64,000 bases of DNA from an uncultured Planctomycetaceae bacterium (GTDB lineage Bacteria > Planctomycetota > Planctomycetia > Planctomycetales > Planctomycetaceae), in NCBI GenBank assembly GCA_963815195.1, contig CAWFGE010000017.1, positions 64,001-128,000 of the forward strand, read 5' to 3'. The notes beneath the pieces are model-generated. The model was not told the DNA's origin and did no database searches. It was given only the letters and a program-made list of their open reading frames with translations. Below, in pieces: positions 1-9,441 of the stretch (positions are counted from its first letter, which is position 1; each line of letters starts with the position of its first letter). The position numbers and the translations under genes were made by a program.

Positions 1-321
1 CCGGCAAATGATGCCTTCCGCTGCGCCCAGGAACAATCCCACCGATCCCGCCACCACAGGGAACATAAACAACGCGGCCAGATCCACATCGTTCCCGATG
101 CGGTTGTCGTCGAAGAACGGCTCTAAAATCAGCCAGCCAAGGATCCCGCCCACCATCGCGGCGATCGACAAGTAAAACCAGTTGGCGTAGATCACGCGGA
201 TCAGCCAGGGCTGATCGCTCAGCGGGCCGACGTCTCGCTGGAGGTACGCCTGAAGCTCGACATACTCATCCACCGCGGGAGCGTGCAGGTCGCGTTGGCT
301 GATGCGAATGGGATCGGACAC
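1..321 (-). CDS. multi-pass membrane protein, 4th gene of the Ubl operon (3' end off the window)
   Basis: Manual translation from GTG at 321 with a GAGGA RBS: MSDPIRISQRDLHAPAVDEYVELQAYLQRDVGPLSDQPWLIRVIYANWFYLSIAAMVGGILGWLILEPFFDD...ALFMFPVVAGSVGLFLGAAEGIICR; two hydrophobic helices; frame open to position 1. Not in the ORF track. Confidence 0.75.
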   Translation of the reverse strand, partial: MSDPIRISQRDLHAPAVDEYVELQAYLQRDVGPLSDQPWLIRVIYANWFYLSIAAMVGGILGWLILEPFFDDNRIGNDVDLAALFMFPVVAGSVGLFLGAAEGIICR

Positions 322-366
322 GGAGCAGTCCTCGAACAGATTCTTAATGAGCAAGAGAGATTGGGG

Positions 367-1586
367 TTATTTTTCCGCCTGGGCCGGAGCTGGGGATTCC
401 GGCGGCTGTTTTGGCGGGTTCTCGGTTTCTTTCGCCGGGGGCTTGGAACTCTCGTCAACGGGCTTTTTGGTTGTTTTGGGAGCGGCCGCGTTTTCCGGCT
501 TCTTGGTCGAAGCACCATTGGCGGACTTCGAGGAACCGGATTTCCTTTTCAATTTCATCCCCTGCGCCTCGGCCTCCTTTTCCGCGATCAACTGCTCCAC
601 GGCGTTTTGCTCGACGGCGGAAAGTCCATAGACTTCCCTCATGTATCCGATCGTATTGGCGCTCGCTTTGAGATTCTCCGCGATCAGTCGGCGGCGTTTC
701 AGCGCGGCCGCCCGCTCTTCGTCGGAAAGTTCGGCCGACGGAGCCGGCAGCTTTTGGAACTCGCTTTCGATGAGATGCAAGTGCTGTTCGATGGCGGACA
801 TCTTCTCTTCGAAGCCCGGCTTCAGCAATTTCGTCACCCCGTAGCGGGCGACCGCTCCCTGCTGAAGCAGGATGGATTCCGATTGGCTCCGCCACCCGGC
901 CAGGAGGTAGCCCAGCAACAACATGCAGATGCACGCCAGGATCGTGGTCACGAACGGCAAAATGCCCGGGTCCCCGGGAGGAGCCCCGGGGCGGGATTCG
1001 CCGGTCGCTTGACCCGGCGTGTCCCGGGGCGAAGCGGTCGAACGCAGCGTGGCGTCCACCGTGCGAACGCGGTCGCCGATCCAATAATGGGCGATGGGCG
1101 TGGGCTTTCCCGCGCGCAGGTGAAGACGCCTTCCAAATCCCGCACCGGATCGACCACATAGGCCACCTGCCCGGGGCCGGAGAAGAAATTCTCGTGGATG
1201 AACACGTCCCGGTCCGAGAGGAAGATCCCAAAGTCGGGGTGCGAATGATACCAGCCGATGATCCGCAGATCGGTATACTTGCTGTCCATCTCCTTGTTGA
1301 TCTGCGACCAGGATTCGTGGGTGAACGTGACCTCGGCGAATTTGCTCGTGGCGCTCTCGCAGCGGATATTTTCGGTGACGAGGGCAAAGGGGCCGTGCTC
1401 GTCTTTCTCCCACTTCCCCACCAGGACGCCGCAAATCTCCACGGAGACATCGGCCTTGGCGTGCTCCTGGATGCTCTTATGCACCGCTTCGGTCATGTGG
1501 AACCGAAAATCCTCTTTCGGCTTGACCGGAAATTTGCCCTCGGACAATTTTTCCTTTTTGAGGTCGCGAATGTCCACGCCGCTCAT
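367..1586 (-). CDS. JAB/MPN (JAMM) metalloprotease with C-terminal TM helix and coiled/low-complexity tail (one frameshift ~1118)
   Basis: EICGVL...GWYHSHPDFGIFLSDRD = JAMM E..HxH..S..D motif in the ORF 948..2054 frame; continues in the ORF 367..1434 frame (GKPTPIAHYWIG...ILPFVTTILACICMLLLGYLLAGW). Its ATG overlaps the E1 stop. Confidence 0.85.
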
Positions 1587-2782
1587 TTCGTTTCTCGCCC
1601 TTCCGCCAAAGCCCCCAAGACCAGGGAACGATCTCCCGCAAATTCGTAGTAATGCTGCTCCATGCCCGCCCGGCCGCCCAGGATGTCCCAGGCCGGCACA
1701 CCCAGCTCTGCGAGCGTCTTGTCCAAAAGGGCCGAGCCGGGGCCCAACGTATGATACAGATTCGGCGTCCGCAGATTTTCGCATTTCGGACATTTTGCCG
1801 CCGACTCGGTGACTTTTCCCAAGGACGCCAGCATCGGCGTGGTTTCCTTGCACGCGGGGCAGGTCAAGGATTCCAGAAGTTCCTGATTGAACTCGATCAC
1901 CGCGCTGGGCCCCAAATCGCTTTCTATCCGCTTGAGGAAGTCGCCCGCCGTCGTGTTTCCGATTTGATTCGGCAATTCGGTGATGGGTTCGTAGGCATCG
2001 TGGGCCGGGCAGTCTTCCAGCTTCGTGTAGTTGACGAGATAGCTTTGATGCCAATTGCCGTCGAACACAAACCCTTGCCCGGAAAGCGTGTCCAGCCCGT
2101 GCAGCATCTTGACGGCTTCGTGGGCCTGGATGCCGGCGATGATCGAGGAAGTCGTCGGCGTGGTGGGGACTTTGCCCTGCTCCATTTCCTCGCGGGACAA
2201 GAGGCGCAGCTCCGGCGGGCTTCGAGCATTTTCCAATCGACTTCGCTCATCGTGCATTCGTAGCAGGGCCCGACCGCGGGATCGAACACGCGGGCCACGC
2301 CGTCGAGCCGTTCGATCGCCCCGTCGATCCAGGGCTTGCCCACGCGGGCCGCGGCCTGATTGATCGCCACGCGGGCTTCGCGGTTGTCGAGTCCGCCGAG
2401 AATAACATCCGCCCAGCGGTACACGCCCAGGCCCAGATCGAACACGATATTCCCGTGAAACGCCTGCGTGCGGATGTCGGGGTAGATGTCCTTCGCCCGC
2501 TCGGCGGCGACCTCGGCTTTCGGGCGGCCGCAATCGGCGGCCCGGTACAACACCGACCGCGACAGGTTCGAGTTCTCGATGAGATCGAGGTCGGCCACAA
2601 ACAGATTCCCGACCCCCAACAGCGCCAGGTTTTTGATCAGCTGCGTTTCCGAGCGCACCCGCCCCGATCACCAGCGCGTTCGCCGCCGCCAATCGCTCCT
2701 GGTCCCACCAGCTGATGAGTTCAAACCGTGCAAACCGCCCTTCCTGGGGTTTTAAATCGGTCAACCGCAATACGTCATTCAA
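1583..2782 (-). CDS. ThiF/E1-like ubiquitin-activating enzyme (frameshifts ~2645 and ~2205)
   Basis: TTG start after GGAGGAG; VIGAGALG, DLDLIENSNLSR, GLDNREAR, CYEC...RRSC (putative catalytic Cys), C-terminal CPAC...CPKC. Assembled from ORFs 1583..2899 and 1924..2658. Confidence 0.88.
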   Translation of the reverse strand: MNDVLRLTDLKPQEGRFARFELISWWDQERLAAANALVIGAGALGNAADQKPGAVGGRESVCGRPRSHRELEPVAVGVVPGRRLRPPESRGRRRAGEGHLPRHPHAGVSREYRVRSGPGRVPLGGCYSRRTRQPRSPRGDQSGRGPRGQALDRRGDRTARRRGPRVRSRGRALLRMHDERSRLENARSPPELRLLSREEMEQGKVPTTPTTSSIIAGIQAHEAVKMLHGLDTLSGQGFVFDGNWHQSYLVNYTKLEDCPAHDAYEPITELPNQIGNTTAGDFLKRIESDLGPSAVIEFNQELLESLTCPACKETTPMLASLGKVTESAAKCPKCENLRTPNLYHTLGPGSALLDKTLAELGVPAWDILGGRAGMEQHYYEFAGDRSLVLGALAEGRETK

Positions 2783-2846
2783 GAATCTGACTCCTCCGGC
2801 ATTGGGGGGGGAATTGTTCCTCCGCAGCATCGCTTTCGGGGAAGCG

Positions 2847-3116
2847 CTACCCGGCTGTGATTTCCGGTTGGAGCCGCAGAACGTCGCCGTCCCGAACATC
2901 CGCCGATGCCAGCGTTTCCGAGTCCAAGAGCTGCCGACCCGAGCCTTTGTGATGGAATTTGTAACTCATGGCCTGCCCGTCCGGGCTGTGGCGGGGCAGG
3001 TTCATGCGTTCGATCAACACGGCAATCAGGCGGTTGACCTCGGCGTCGGCCGGGACTTCGACCATTTGGCGCTTGTTGCCGGTGGCGTCCCAGACTTCGA
3101 TTTTCAGCTCGCTCAT
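2847..3116 (-). CDS. ubiquitin-like beta-grasp protein (YukD/EsaB-like), 89 aa
   Basis: MSELKIEVWDATGNKRQMVEVPADAEVNRLIAVLIERMNLP...LLDSETLASADVRDGDVLRLQPEITAG; Ubl-type pattern with a C-terminal Gly; directly upstream of E1. Confidence 0.85.
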   Translation of the reverse strand: MSELKIEVWDATGNKRQMVEVPADAEVNRLIAVLIERMNLPRHSPDGQAMSYKFHHKGSGRQLLDSETLASADVRDGDVLRLQPEITAG

Positions 3117-3390
3117 AAGATGGATTCGCTCAAACAGGTTTTCGTCGCAGTATGATCTTGGGATTGGAGTGTTTTTGAGGATTGGCTGAACGTTCGGAAA
3201 CACCGATTCTTTGATTGAAAGAATCCCCGCTTTCCGGCAGGAAAAGGGAACCAAAGTGTGCTTCAAATTACCAAATCATACGATACCCCCACCGTGCAAG
3301 GTTGTCTAGGATGTATCTTCACGAAATTCAAGCCGGCAAGCGTCGGAACGCCCGTGGTCTCTCAAATCACGAGGCGGACGGTTGGCCCGC

Positions 3391-3420
3391 TTGCCGGGGC
3401 ACCGGGTCAAGGGATAGAAT
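3391..3420 (+). promoter_or_regulatory. putative sigma70 promoter for leuCD
   Basis: TTGCCG-N18-TAGAAT, about 145 bp upstream of the leuC start. Confidence 0.35.
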
Positions 3421-3565
3421 CACGTGAACCTTCTGGGGCAAACCTTGTCGTGATGTTGGTCGAACCATAACCCGCGATCATCCTGCGCCCTTATTCCGAG
3501 AACCGACTTCCTTCCTCCACGGCAGTTTTCCTTCCTCGAACCCGTCGAAAGCCGACATAGACCAC

Positions 3566-4987
3566 ATGACCGACAAACAGAATCTTTTCAACAAAGTCTG
3601 GGATTTGCATGCCGTGCGCCAACTGCCTTCCGGGCAGACGCAGCTTTTCATCGGCCGGCATCTGATTCACGAAGTCACCAGCCCGCAAGCCTTCGAGATG
3701 CTCCGCGACCGGGGCCTCAAGGTGATGTATCCCGAGCGGACCCTGGCCACGGTCGATCATATCATTCCCACCGACAACCAGGCCCGGCCGTTTGCCGACA
3801 CGCTCGCCGAGGAAATGATGTCGGCCGTCGAAAAGAACTGCCGGGAATTCGGGATCGAACTTCTCAATCTGAACGACAACCGCCAGGGCATCGTGCACGT
3901 GGTCGGGCCGGAGTTGGGATTGACGCAGCCCGGCATCACGCTGGTCTGCGGCGACAGCCACACCAGCACGCACGGGGCCTTCGGCAACATCTCCCTGGGC
4001 ATCGGCACCAGCCAGGTCGCGTATGTGCTCGCCACGCAAACCTTGGCGTTGGAACGGCCCCGCGTCCGGCGGATTGAAGTCAATGGCGAACTCTCGCCCG
4101 GCGTGTATGCCAAGGATGTGACCTTGCACATCATTCGCATCCTGGGCGTCAAAGGCGGCATCGGTTATGCCTACGAATACGCGGGCGACGTGTTCGACCG
4201 GATGACGATGGAAGAACGCATGACCGTGTGCAACATGAGCATCGAAGGCGGGGCCCGCTGCGGCTACGTCAATCCCGACCAGACGACCGTGGATTATCTC
4301 CGCGGCCGGCCCCTGGTTCCTCAGGGCGAGGAATTTGAACGAGCGGCCGCGTGGTGGCTGAGCCTGGCTTCGGGGCCCGCTGCCGAGTTTGACGATGTGG
4401 TCACCATCGACGCGGCCGACATCGAGCCGACGGTCACCTGGGGCATCAATCCCGGCCAGTCGGTGGGCGTGCGCGAATCGATTCCCTCGCCGGGCAGTTT
4501 TCCGGCCGAGGAACAAGCCGGGGCGGCGGAGGCCTTGGAGTTTATGGATCTCCAGCCCAACCAGCCGGTCCAGGGCATCAAAATCGACGTGGCGTTTATT
4601 GGTTCGTGCACGAACTCGCGATTGTCGGATCTTCGCGAGGCGGCGGAAGTCGTCAAAGGCCGGCACGTGGCCGAGGGTGTCAGGACTCTCGTCGTGCCCG
4701 GTTCGCAGGACGTTCGCCGGCAAGCCGAGGCCGAGGGCTTGGATCAAATTTTCGAAGACGCGGGCTTCGATTGGCGCGGGGCGGGCTGTTCGATGTGTCT
4801 GGCGATGAATCCCGACAAACTCCAGGGCCGGGAAATCTGTGCCTCCTCGAGCAACCGCAACTTCAAAGGCCGCCAGGGCAGCCCCACCGGTCGGACGCTG
4901 TTGATGAGTCCCGCGATGGTCGCCGCCGCCGCCGTCACCGGCCATGTGACCGACGTCAGAGAACTCCTCCAACCCGCCGGCGTCTAG
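3566..4987 (+). CDS. leuC: 3-isopropylmalate dehydratase large subunit
   Basis: [51 protein letters not shown]. Confidence 0.97.
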   Translation: MTDKQNLFNKVWDLHAVRQLPSGQTQLFIGRHLIHEVTSPQAFEMLRDRGLKVMYPERTLATVDHIIPTDNQARPFADTLAEEMMSAVEKNCREFGIELLNLNDNRQGIVHVVGPELGLTQPGITLVCGDSHTSTHGAFGNISLGIGTSQVAYVLATQTLALERPRVRRIEVNGELSPGVYAKDVTLHIIRILGVKGGIGYAYEYAGDVFDRMTMEERMTVCNMSIEGGARCGYVNPDQTTVDYLRGRPLVPQGEEFERAAAWWLSLASGPAAEFDDVVTIDAADIEPTVTWGINPGQSVGVRESIPSPGSFPAEEQAGAAEALEFMDLQPNQPVQGIKIDVAFIGSCTNSRLSDLREAAEVVKGRHVAEGVRTLVVPGSQDVRRQAEAEGLDQIFEDAGFDWRGAGCSMCLAMNPDKLQGREICASSSNRNFKGRQGSPTGRTLLMSPAMVAAAAVTGHVTDVRELLQPAGV

Positions 4988-5098
4988 GCGAGCGGGGGGC
5001 GTGAGCCCCCTGGTTTTGTTCGAGTCGATCCGTTCGGCTCGCGATTCAATCCTTCAATCATTCGACGTGACCAGGGGGCTCACGCCCCCCGCTCGCCT
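4986..5098. repeat. REPIN-like element, perfect 29-bp inverted repeat
   Basis: AGGCGAGCGGGGGGCGTGAGCCCCCTGGT (4986-5014) and its exact reverse complement (5070-5098). Confidence 0.85.
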
Positions 5099-5128
5099 TG
5101 AGACAAACTTCAACGGACAATTCTCCAC

Positions 5129-5722
5129 ATGGCAAAAATCGATCAAATCACCGGCACCGGCCTTCCTTTGTTGCTCGACGACATCGACACCGACCGCATC
5201 ATCCCGGCGAGGTACTTGCGCTGCGTGACTTTTGAAGGCATCGGCGAACACGCCTTCGAGGATGACCGCCAGCAAAATCCCAAGCATGCCTTTAACGATC
5301 CCAGGTTCGCGAACGCGTCGGTTCTGGTCGCGGGGCGGAATTTTGGGTGCGGCTCTTCGCGGGAACATGCTCCGCAAGCCCTCATGCGGTGGGGCATCCA
5401 GGCGGTTGTTGCGGAATCGTTTGCCGAGATCTTCTTCGGCAACTGCACCGCGCTGGGCATTCCCGCGGTGACCGCGAAGCGCGCGGATTTGGAAAAAATC
5501 GCCGCCGCCATCGGGGCCGACCCGTCGTTGACCTTGATGGTTGATCTTTTGGAAATGCAACTCCACGCGGGGGAAGAGCAATATCCCATCCAAATGCCCG
5601 AAAGCGCCAAGAAAGCCCTCACCACGGGGCAGTACGATTTCCTCGCGCAACTCTTGGAGGGTGAACCGCAAATCCGCGAGACCGCGAAGACGCTGCCTTA
5701 TCTCAATCATTTCCAAACATAA
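5129..5722 (+). CDS. leuD: 3-isopropylmalate dehydratase small subunit
   Basis: [37 protein letters not shown]. Confidence 0.97.
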   Translation: MAKIDQITGTGLPLLLDDIDTDRIIPARYLRCVTFEGIGEHAFEDDRQQNPKHAFNDPRFANASVLVAGRNFGCGSSREHAPQALMRWGIQAVVAESFAEIFFGNCTALGIPAVTAKRADLEKIAAAIGADPSLTLMVDLLEMQLHAGEEQYPIQMPESAKKALTTGQYDFLAQLLEGEPQIRETAKTLPYLNHFQT

Positions 5723-5743
5723 TTGGCCGCCTTTCGCCACAAC

Positions 5744-5845
5744 GTGTGCCACTGGCTTTGCCAGTGTTTTTTGCGATGGGCATCAGGACATCGATCAGAC
5801 TTCGGAGCCAACCGGTGAATCGCACTGGCGGAGCCAGTGGCACAC
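5744..5845. repeat. REPIN-like inverted repeat (GTGCCACTGGC family)
   Basis: GTGTGCCACTGGCTTTGCCAGTG ... CACTGGCGGAGCCAGTGGCACAC. Confidence 0.75.
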
Positions 5846-6006
5846 CCGCGGTTCGCGGTTTCGCAAAGGATGTCGGACAAACAAAAGGTCTGGACTTTTC
5901 GAACGAGGGACTTTTATACTGGATTGAGTTCGGGACGGTTGCTTTTCTGAGCCATCGCCTGTGCGCTCGGGAGTCATTCAATCATTCGATGAGTCGGACG
6001 GTTGCC

Positions 6007-7152
6007 ATGTTCCTGCATGACACGCATCTTCCGCAGATTCTTCCGCCCTCCGCCTACACCAGCCAGGACCAATTCGATCGCGAGATCGAAACGCTCTTCA
6101 AGCCGGCCTGGCATCTGGTGGGGTCGTTCTCCGAGCTGCCCCGCGACGGGGATTACCTCACCACGACCGTTCTCGATCACCCGTTGCTCGTGTGGCGGCG
6201 GGATGGGAAATTCCAGACCTTCTTGAACGTCTGCCCGCACCGGTTTTCGCAACTCTCCTGCAAACCGCAGGGGCATTGCCAGCCGCATTTGAAATGCCAA
6301 TACCACGGCTGGGAATTTGATTCCGAAGGCCACACCCGGCTGATTCCCGACGCGCGGAGCTTCAAGCCGATGACCAAGGGGGCCCTCGGTCTCACGAAGA
6401 TCCGCACCGACACCCTCGGGCAGTTGATTTTCGCGAATCTCGACGACGAGGCGCCGCCGCTCCGGGATTGGCTCGGCGAGAAGCCGGCTTTGCTGTTGGA
6501 GGAACTCTTTCCGCCCAACTTCCGATTGATCGCTGCGCTGGATTTCGAGGTAAAGGCCAATTGGAAGTGCCGGATGGAGAACTCGGTCGAAAGCTATCAC
6601 TTGGACATGGTCCATCAAGGCACGTTTGGCAAAACGCCGCCCGTGGAGAACGTGGTCCACGAACTGGAGCCGGGGTGGAGCGTGTATTCTGTGACGGAAA
6701 CGCAGGCGCGCTCGAAAATGGAAGAGCGGTTGGACCGCTGGATGCACCGCCTGGCGGGACGGCCGCAAGACCGGGTGTTTCGCAATTATCTCCGCTACCC
6801 GCATGTGATGTTTTCCAAAGTCCGGCTGTTTCGGTCGATGGAATGGGTGCTGCCGCTTTCGCCCACGCGGAGCCGGCTGGTCTACAAGTTCTTCTGCTAC
6901 GAGAACCCTGCATCCCTGCGGTCGCGGTTGGCTTGCCGGCTGCTGTCTTTCTGGGGCAAGCGGTTTTTCCCGCACGTTGTCTTAGAGGACGCCGCCGCGG
7001 TGGAATGGATGCAGAAAGGCCTGAGCTCGCCCCGGCACGCCTCGGGCGGGGTGATCTCCGCCCGCGAAGAGCGCTGCCATCACTTCCAAGAATACATCAA
7101 AGACGCGACCGCCCCGAAGATGCCCGAACCCAAGCGAGGCCGCTCGATGTAA
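6007..7152 (+). CDS. Rieske non-heme iron oxygenase alpha subunit (choline monooxygenase-like)
   Basis: NVCPHR...CQYHGW Rieske motif; ENSVESYHLDMVH mononuclear Fe motif; ED acidic ligand region. Start could be 5989. Confidence 0.9.
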   Translation: MFLHDTHLPQILPPSAYTSQDQFDREIETLFKPAWHLVGSFSELPRDGDYLTTTVLDHPLLVWRRDGKFQTFLNVCPHRFSQLSCKPQGHCQPHLKCQYHGWEFDSEGHTRLIPDARSFKPMTKGALGLTKIRTDTLGQLIFANLDDEAPPLRDWLGEKPALLLEELFPPNFRLIAALDFEVKANWKCRMENSVESYHLDMVHQGTFGKTPPVENVVHELEPGWSVYSVTETQARSKMEERLDRWMHRLAGRPQDRVFRNYLRYPHVMFSKVRLFRSMEWVLPLSPTRSRLVYKFFCYENPASLRSRLACRLLSFWGKRFFPHVVLEDAAAVEWMQKGLSSPRHASGGVISAREERCHHFQEYIKDATAPKMPEPKRGRSM

Positions 7153-7263
7153 GGGGCATTTCAGCGGCGAAGCGAGTGGGAACGCGGGGAAACAGTGTCG
7201 CCAGTGGAGCGCAAACCAGCGTCGTCAGTTCGCCTGTTTCAGCAAAAAAGTCGGAGCCGAGTT

Positions 7264-8727
7264 TCAGGGGCAATTGACGTTGCAGCTGTAGTTTCGGTCT
7301 TCGAGATGATACAGCCGGGGCCTTTTGGTCGGGCAATCGTAAAGGGCGTCGGCTTTGGCGGTGACGTAAAACGGCCCCACGGGCAGCCCGAACAAGTTGC
7401 AGCAAATGCTGGGGACGGGGTAGCTTGCCTCGGCCCGGACGGCGAACGGCCGCCCCGTGCCTCCTCCGGTACAACTTCCCGCCGAGACGCTGCCCAATGC
7501 CTGGCCGTTGTTGTTGGCCGAGGAACCGGGAGGACACGGAATGTCGGGAATCCCGGTGGGGTGGATAATCAGACCGCGATTCGTGGCCGAGTGGGGCGGC
7601 GGCTGGACGCTGATTCCCCAGGGCGAGGCCACATTGGCGCATTGCAAGCATTGGTTCGAGGTGTCGGTCGTGTCGACAAAATGCCCCGTGCACGTGGTTC
7701 CGTTGCTGAAGCAGACCGTGATTTCCGTCATGCATCCGCCGACGGCGTCGGCGTCGAGTTGGCCGTTGCTGATCGTGTCCGCGACTTCCGCCCCAAACCG
7801 GATGCGGTCGAGAATGTTAAACCGCGCCTGGTCGTTGTTGTCATCGTTGGGAAACACGACCGCCAGCGACCGCGACACGGGATCGCCAACGGCAATCGGA
7901 TCCCCGGTCGAACAGGGGTTGCCGGGATCGACGTTCCGCAAAAAGGTGACCAGCGTCCGGTCGATTCCATACACGTCGGATTGGGCGGACGGGCCGCCTT
8001 TCGGACCGGGGCAATTGTCTTGAAGCATGACATTGGTGTCGTCATCGGTGATGAAGGTGGACACCGTGGGGACGGAGTTGTCGAAATTGAAGCGGGGCAT
8101 GACGGTTTGGAAGTTCATCCCCGCCCCCACGCGGGCTTCGCATTGATCGGGCAGCCGGTAAATCACCCGCAGAATCCGCAAATCGGGAATCGGAAAGATC
8201 GTGGGCTGGAACGAGATGCCCCAGTCGTTGGCGTGCGAGAACGAGCCTTGGGCCGTGGCATCAAACTGGACGTTGCCCACGCCGCAGCCCGGCGTCGCGC
8301 AGCAGTCGAACACGAACTCCGGGTTGTCGGCGATGATCGCTCCGAAGACCAGAACCCCGTTGCTGCAGGCGTTCTGGTTGCAGGGTTCGTTCGCGTCGTA
8401 ATTCAAGGCGGGATCGATGGTTGCCAGGTTCACCTGCACGCCGTTGATCGTGTTCGCCATCGCATAGTTGTTGCCCACGAGGCGCGCGTGCATTGTGTCG
8501 CCGCCTCCGTGATCGCCCCAGTCTTTGACCGCGGCCTGGGCCGCGGCTTCGAGGGCGTCGTGGAGTTCCGTGCGGGCGAGGTACAGGTTGCCGACTTCCA
8601 GGATCACGCACAACAGCGTCAAGATCACCGGAAGCCCCACGATAAACCAGACCATCACCGCCCCCCGCCGGGGGTGCCGAAGAGGACGGGTCTGACTTCG
8701 CCGAGCGGAAACGCGACTGCGCATCAT
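7264..8727 (-). CDS. TadG-like pilus assembly protein, Cys-rich
   Basis: RRGAVMVWFIVGLPVILTLLCVILEVGNLYLARTELHDALEAAAQAA = Tad/TadG N-terminal motif. Confidence 0.8.
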   Translation of the reverse strand: MMRSRVSARRSQTRPLRHPRRGAVMVWFIVGLPVILTLLCVILEVGNLYLARTELHDALEAAAQAAVKDWGDHGGGDTMHARLVGNNYAMANTINGVQVNLATIDPALNYDANEPCNQNACSNGVLVFGAIIADNPEFVFDCCATPGCGVGNVQFDATAQGSFSHANDWGISFQPTIFPIPDLRILRVIYRLPDQCEARVGAGMNFQTVMPRFNFDNSVPTVSTFITDDDTNVMLQDNCPGPKGGPSAQSDVYGIDRTLVTFLRNVDPGNPCSTGDPIAVGDPVSRSLAVVFPNDDNNDQARFNILDRIRFGAEVADTISNGQLDADAVGGCMTEITVCFSNGTTCTGHFVDTTDTSNQCLQCANVASPWGISVQPPPHSATNRGLIIHPTGIPDIPCPPGSSANNNGQALGSVSAGSCTGGGTGRPFAVRAEASYPVPSICCNLFGLPVGPFYVTAKADALYDCPTKRPRLYHLEDRNYSCNVNCP

Positions 8728-8745
8728 AGGCCTTGGAGCGAGGTT

Positions 8746-9285
8746 CTAGGGTAAGGGTTGTTGTTCGTAAATCCAGACGGCGGATTGCCGAATGGAACAG
8801 GTGGAAACATCGTATCCGAACGTGCTTAAGCAGTTGGGAATGTTCCCCGACATCGGCAGACACACGGTCACTCGGACCGCCTGCATCGGCAGCGAACCGA
8901 TCGGACCATACACGGGAACGCAGGGGCAATTGGCGACCGTGGGGTTTGGCTGAATTGGGTTGGCGATCCCCATCACATTGTGTTCCAGGATCACCTGGCA
9001 GGAATTGGTGTAACCGGCGGTGATCAAATACTGATCCACCTGGTTTTTCAGATTGTTGGGCGTCGCCGGCTGGTTGAACGTATCCAGGTTTCCGGTTTCC
9101 GCCGCGAGCTTGGCCCCCAGCCGGCTGGCGAATTCCACATGCTTCGCCGCCGCTAGAATCAATCCAAACTCGACAACCGCGATGAGCAGAATCACCAGAA
9201 TGGGAAACAGCAGCAGGAATTCGAGCGCAACGACTCCCCGTTTCTTGGAGCAGGCTTTTGGGAGGGTTCTGCTTTTCGTTCGCAT
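8746..9285 (-). CDS. TadE-like pseudopilin
   Basis: KRGVVALEFLLLFPILVILLIAVVEFG...ASRLGAK. Confidence 0.85.
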   Translation of the reverse strand: MRTKSRTLPKACSKKRGVVALEFLLLFPILVILLIAVVEFGLILAAAKHVEFASRLGAKLAAETGNLDTFNQPATPNNLKNQVDQYLITAGYTNSCQVILEHNVMGIANPIQPNPTVANCPCVPVYGPIGSLPMQAVRVTVCLPMSGNIPNCLSTFGYDVSTCSIRQSAVWIYEQQPLP

Positions 9286-9334
9286 GGTGCCCAGGCGGTG
9301 AGAGATTCAAAGGGAGGAAACTTCCCCGACCAAA

Positions 9335-9350
9335 TGCAAAGCTCATACCG
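9335..9350 (-). promoter_or_regulatory. putative sigma54 (-24/-12) promoter for tadE-tadG
   Basis: Minus strand reads CGGTATGAGCTTTGCA (GG-N10-GC). Confidence 0.55.
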
Positions 9351-9376
9351 CTCGCGGAAAATTCGCCGGTCCGCAG

Positions 9377-9392
9377 CGGCACGGTGATTGCA
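9377..9392 (+). promoter_or_regulatory. putative sigma54 (-24/-12) promoter for the divergent tadE
   Basis: CGGCACGGTGATTGCA; one mismatch to TGGCACGNNNNTTGCA. Confidence 0.65.
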
Positions 9393-9441
9393 GAGGCAGT
9401 CGGGTCCAACGTGGAATTCCTTGTCATCTTATGTTCTTTTT

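Noticed and set aside
1583..3116. ThiS/ThiF or MoaD/MoeB sulfur-carrier pair
   Set aside because: The Ubl ends AG rather than GG and is YukD-like, E1 lacks a rhodanese, and no thi/moa/cys genes are adjacent.
3434..3480. c-di-GMP-I riboswitch (GGCAAACC)
   Set aside because: The following GNRA stem and GACGCAAAG core are absent.
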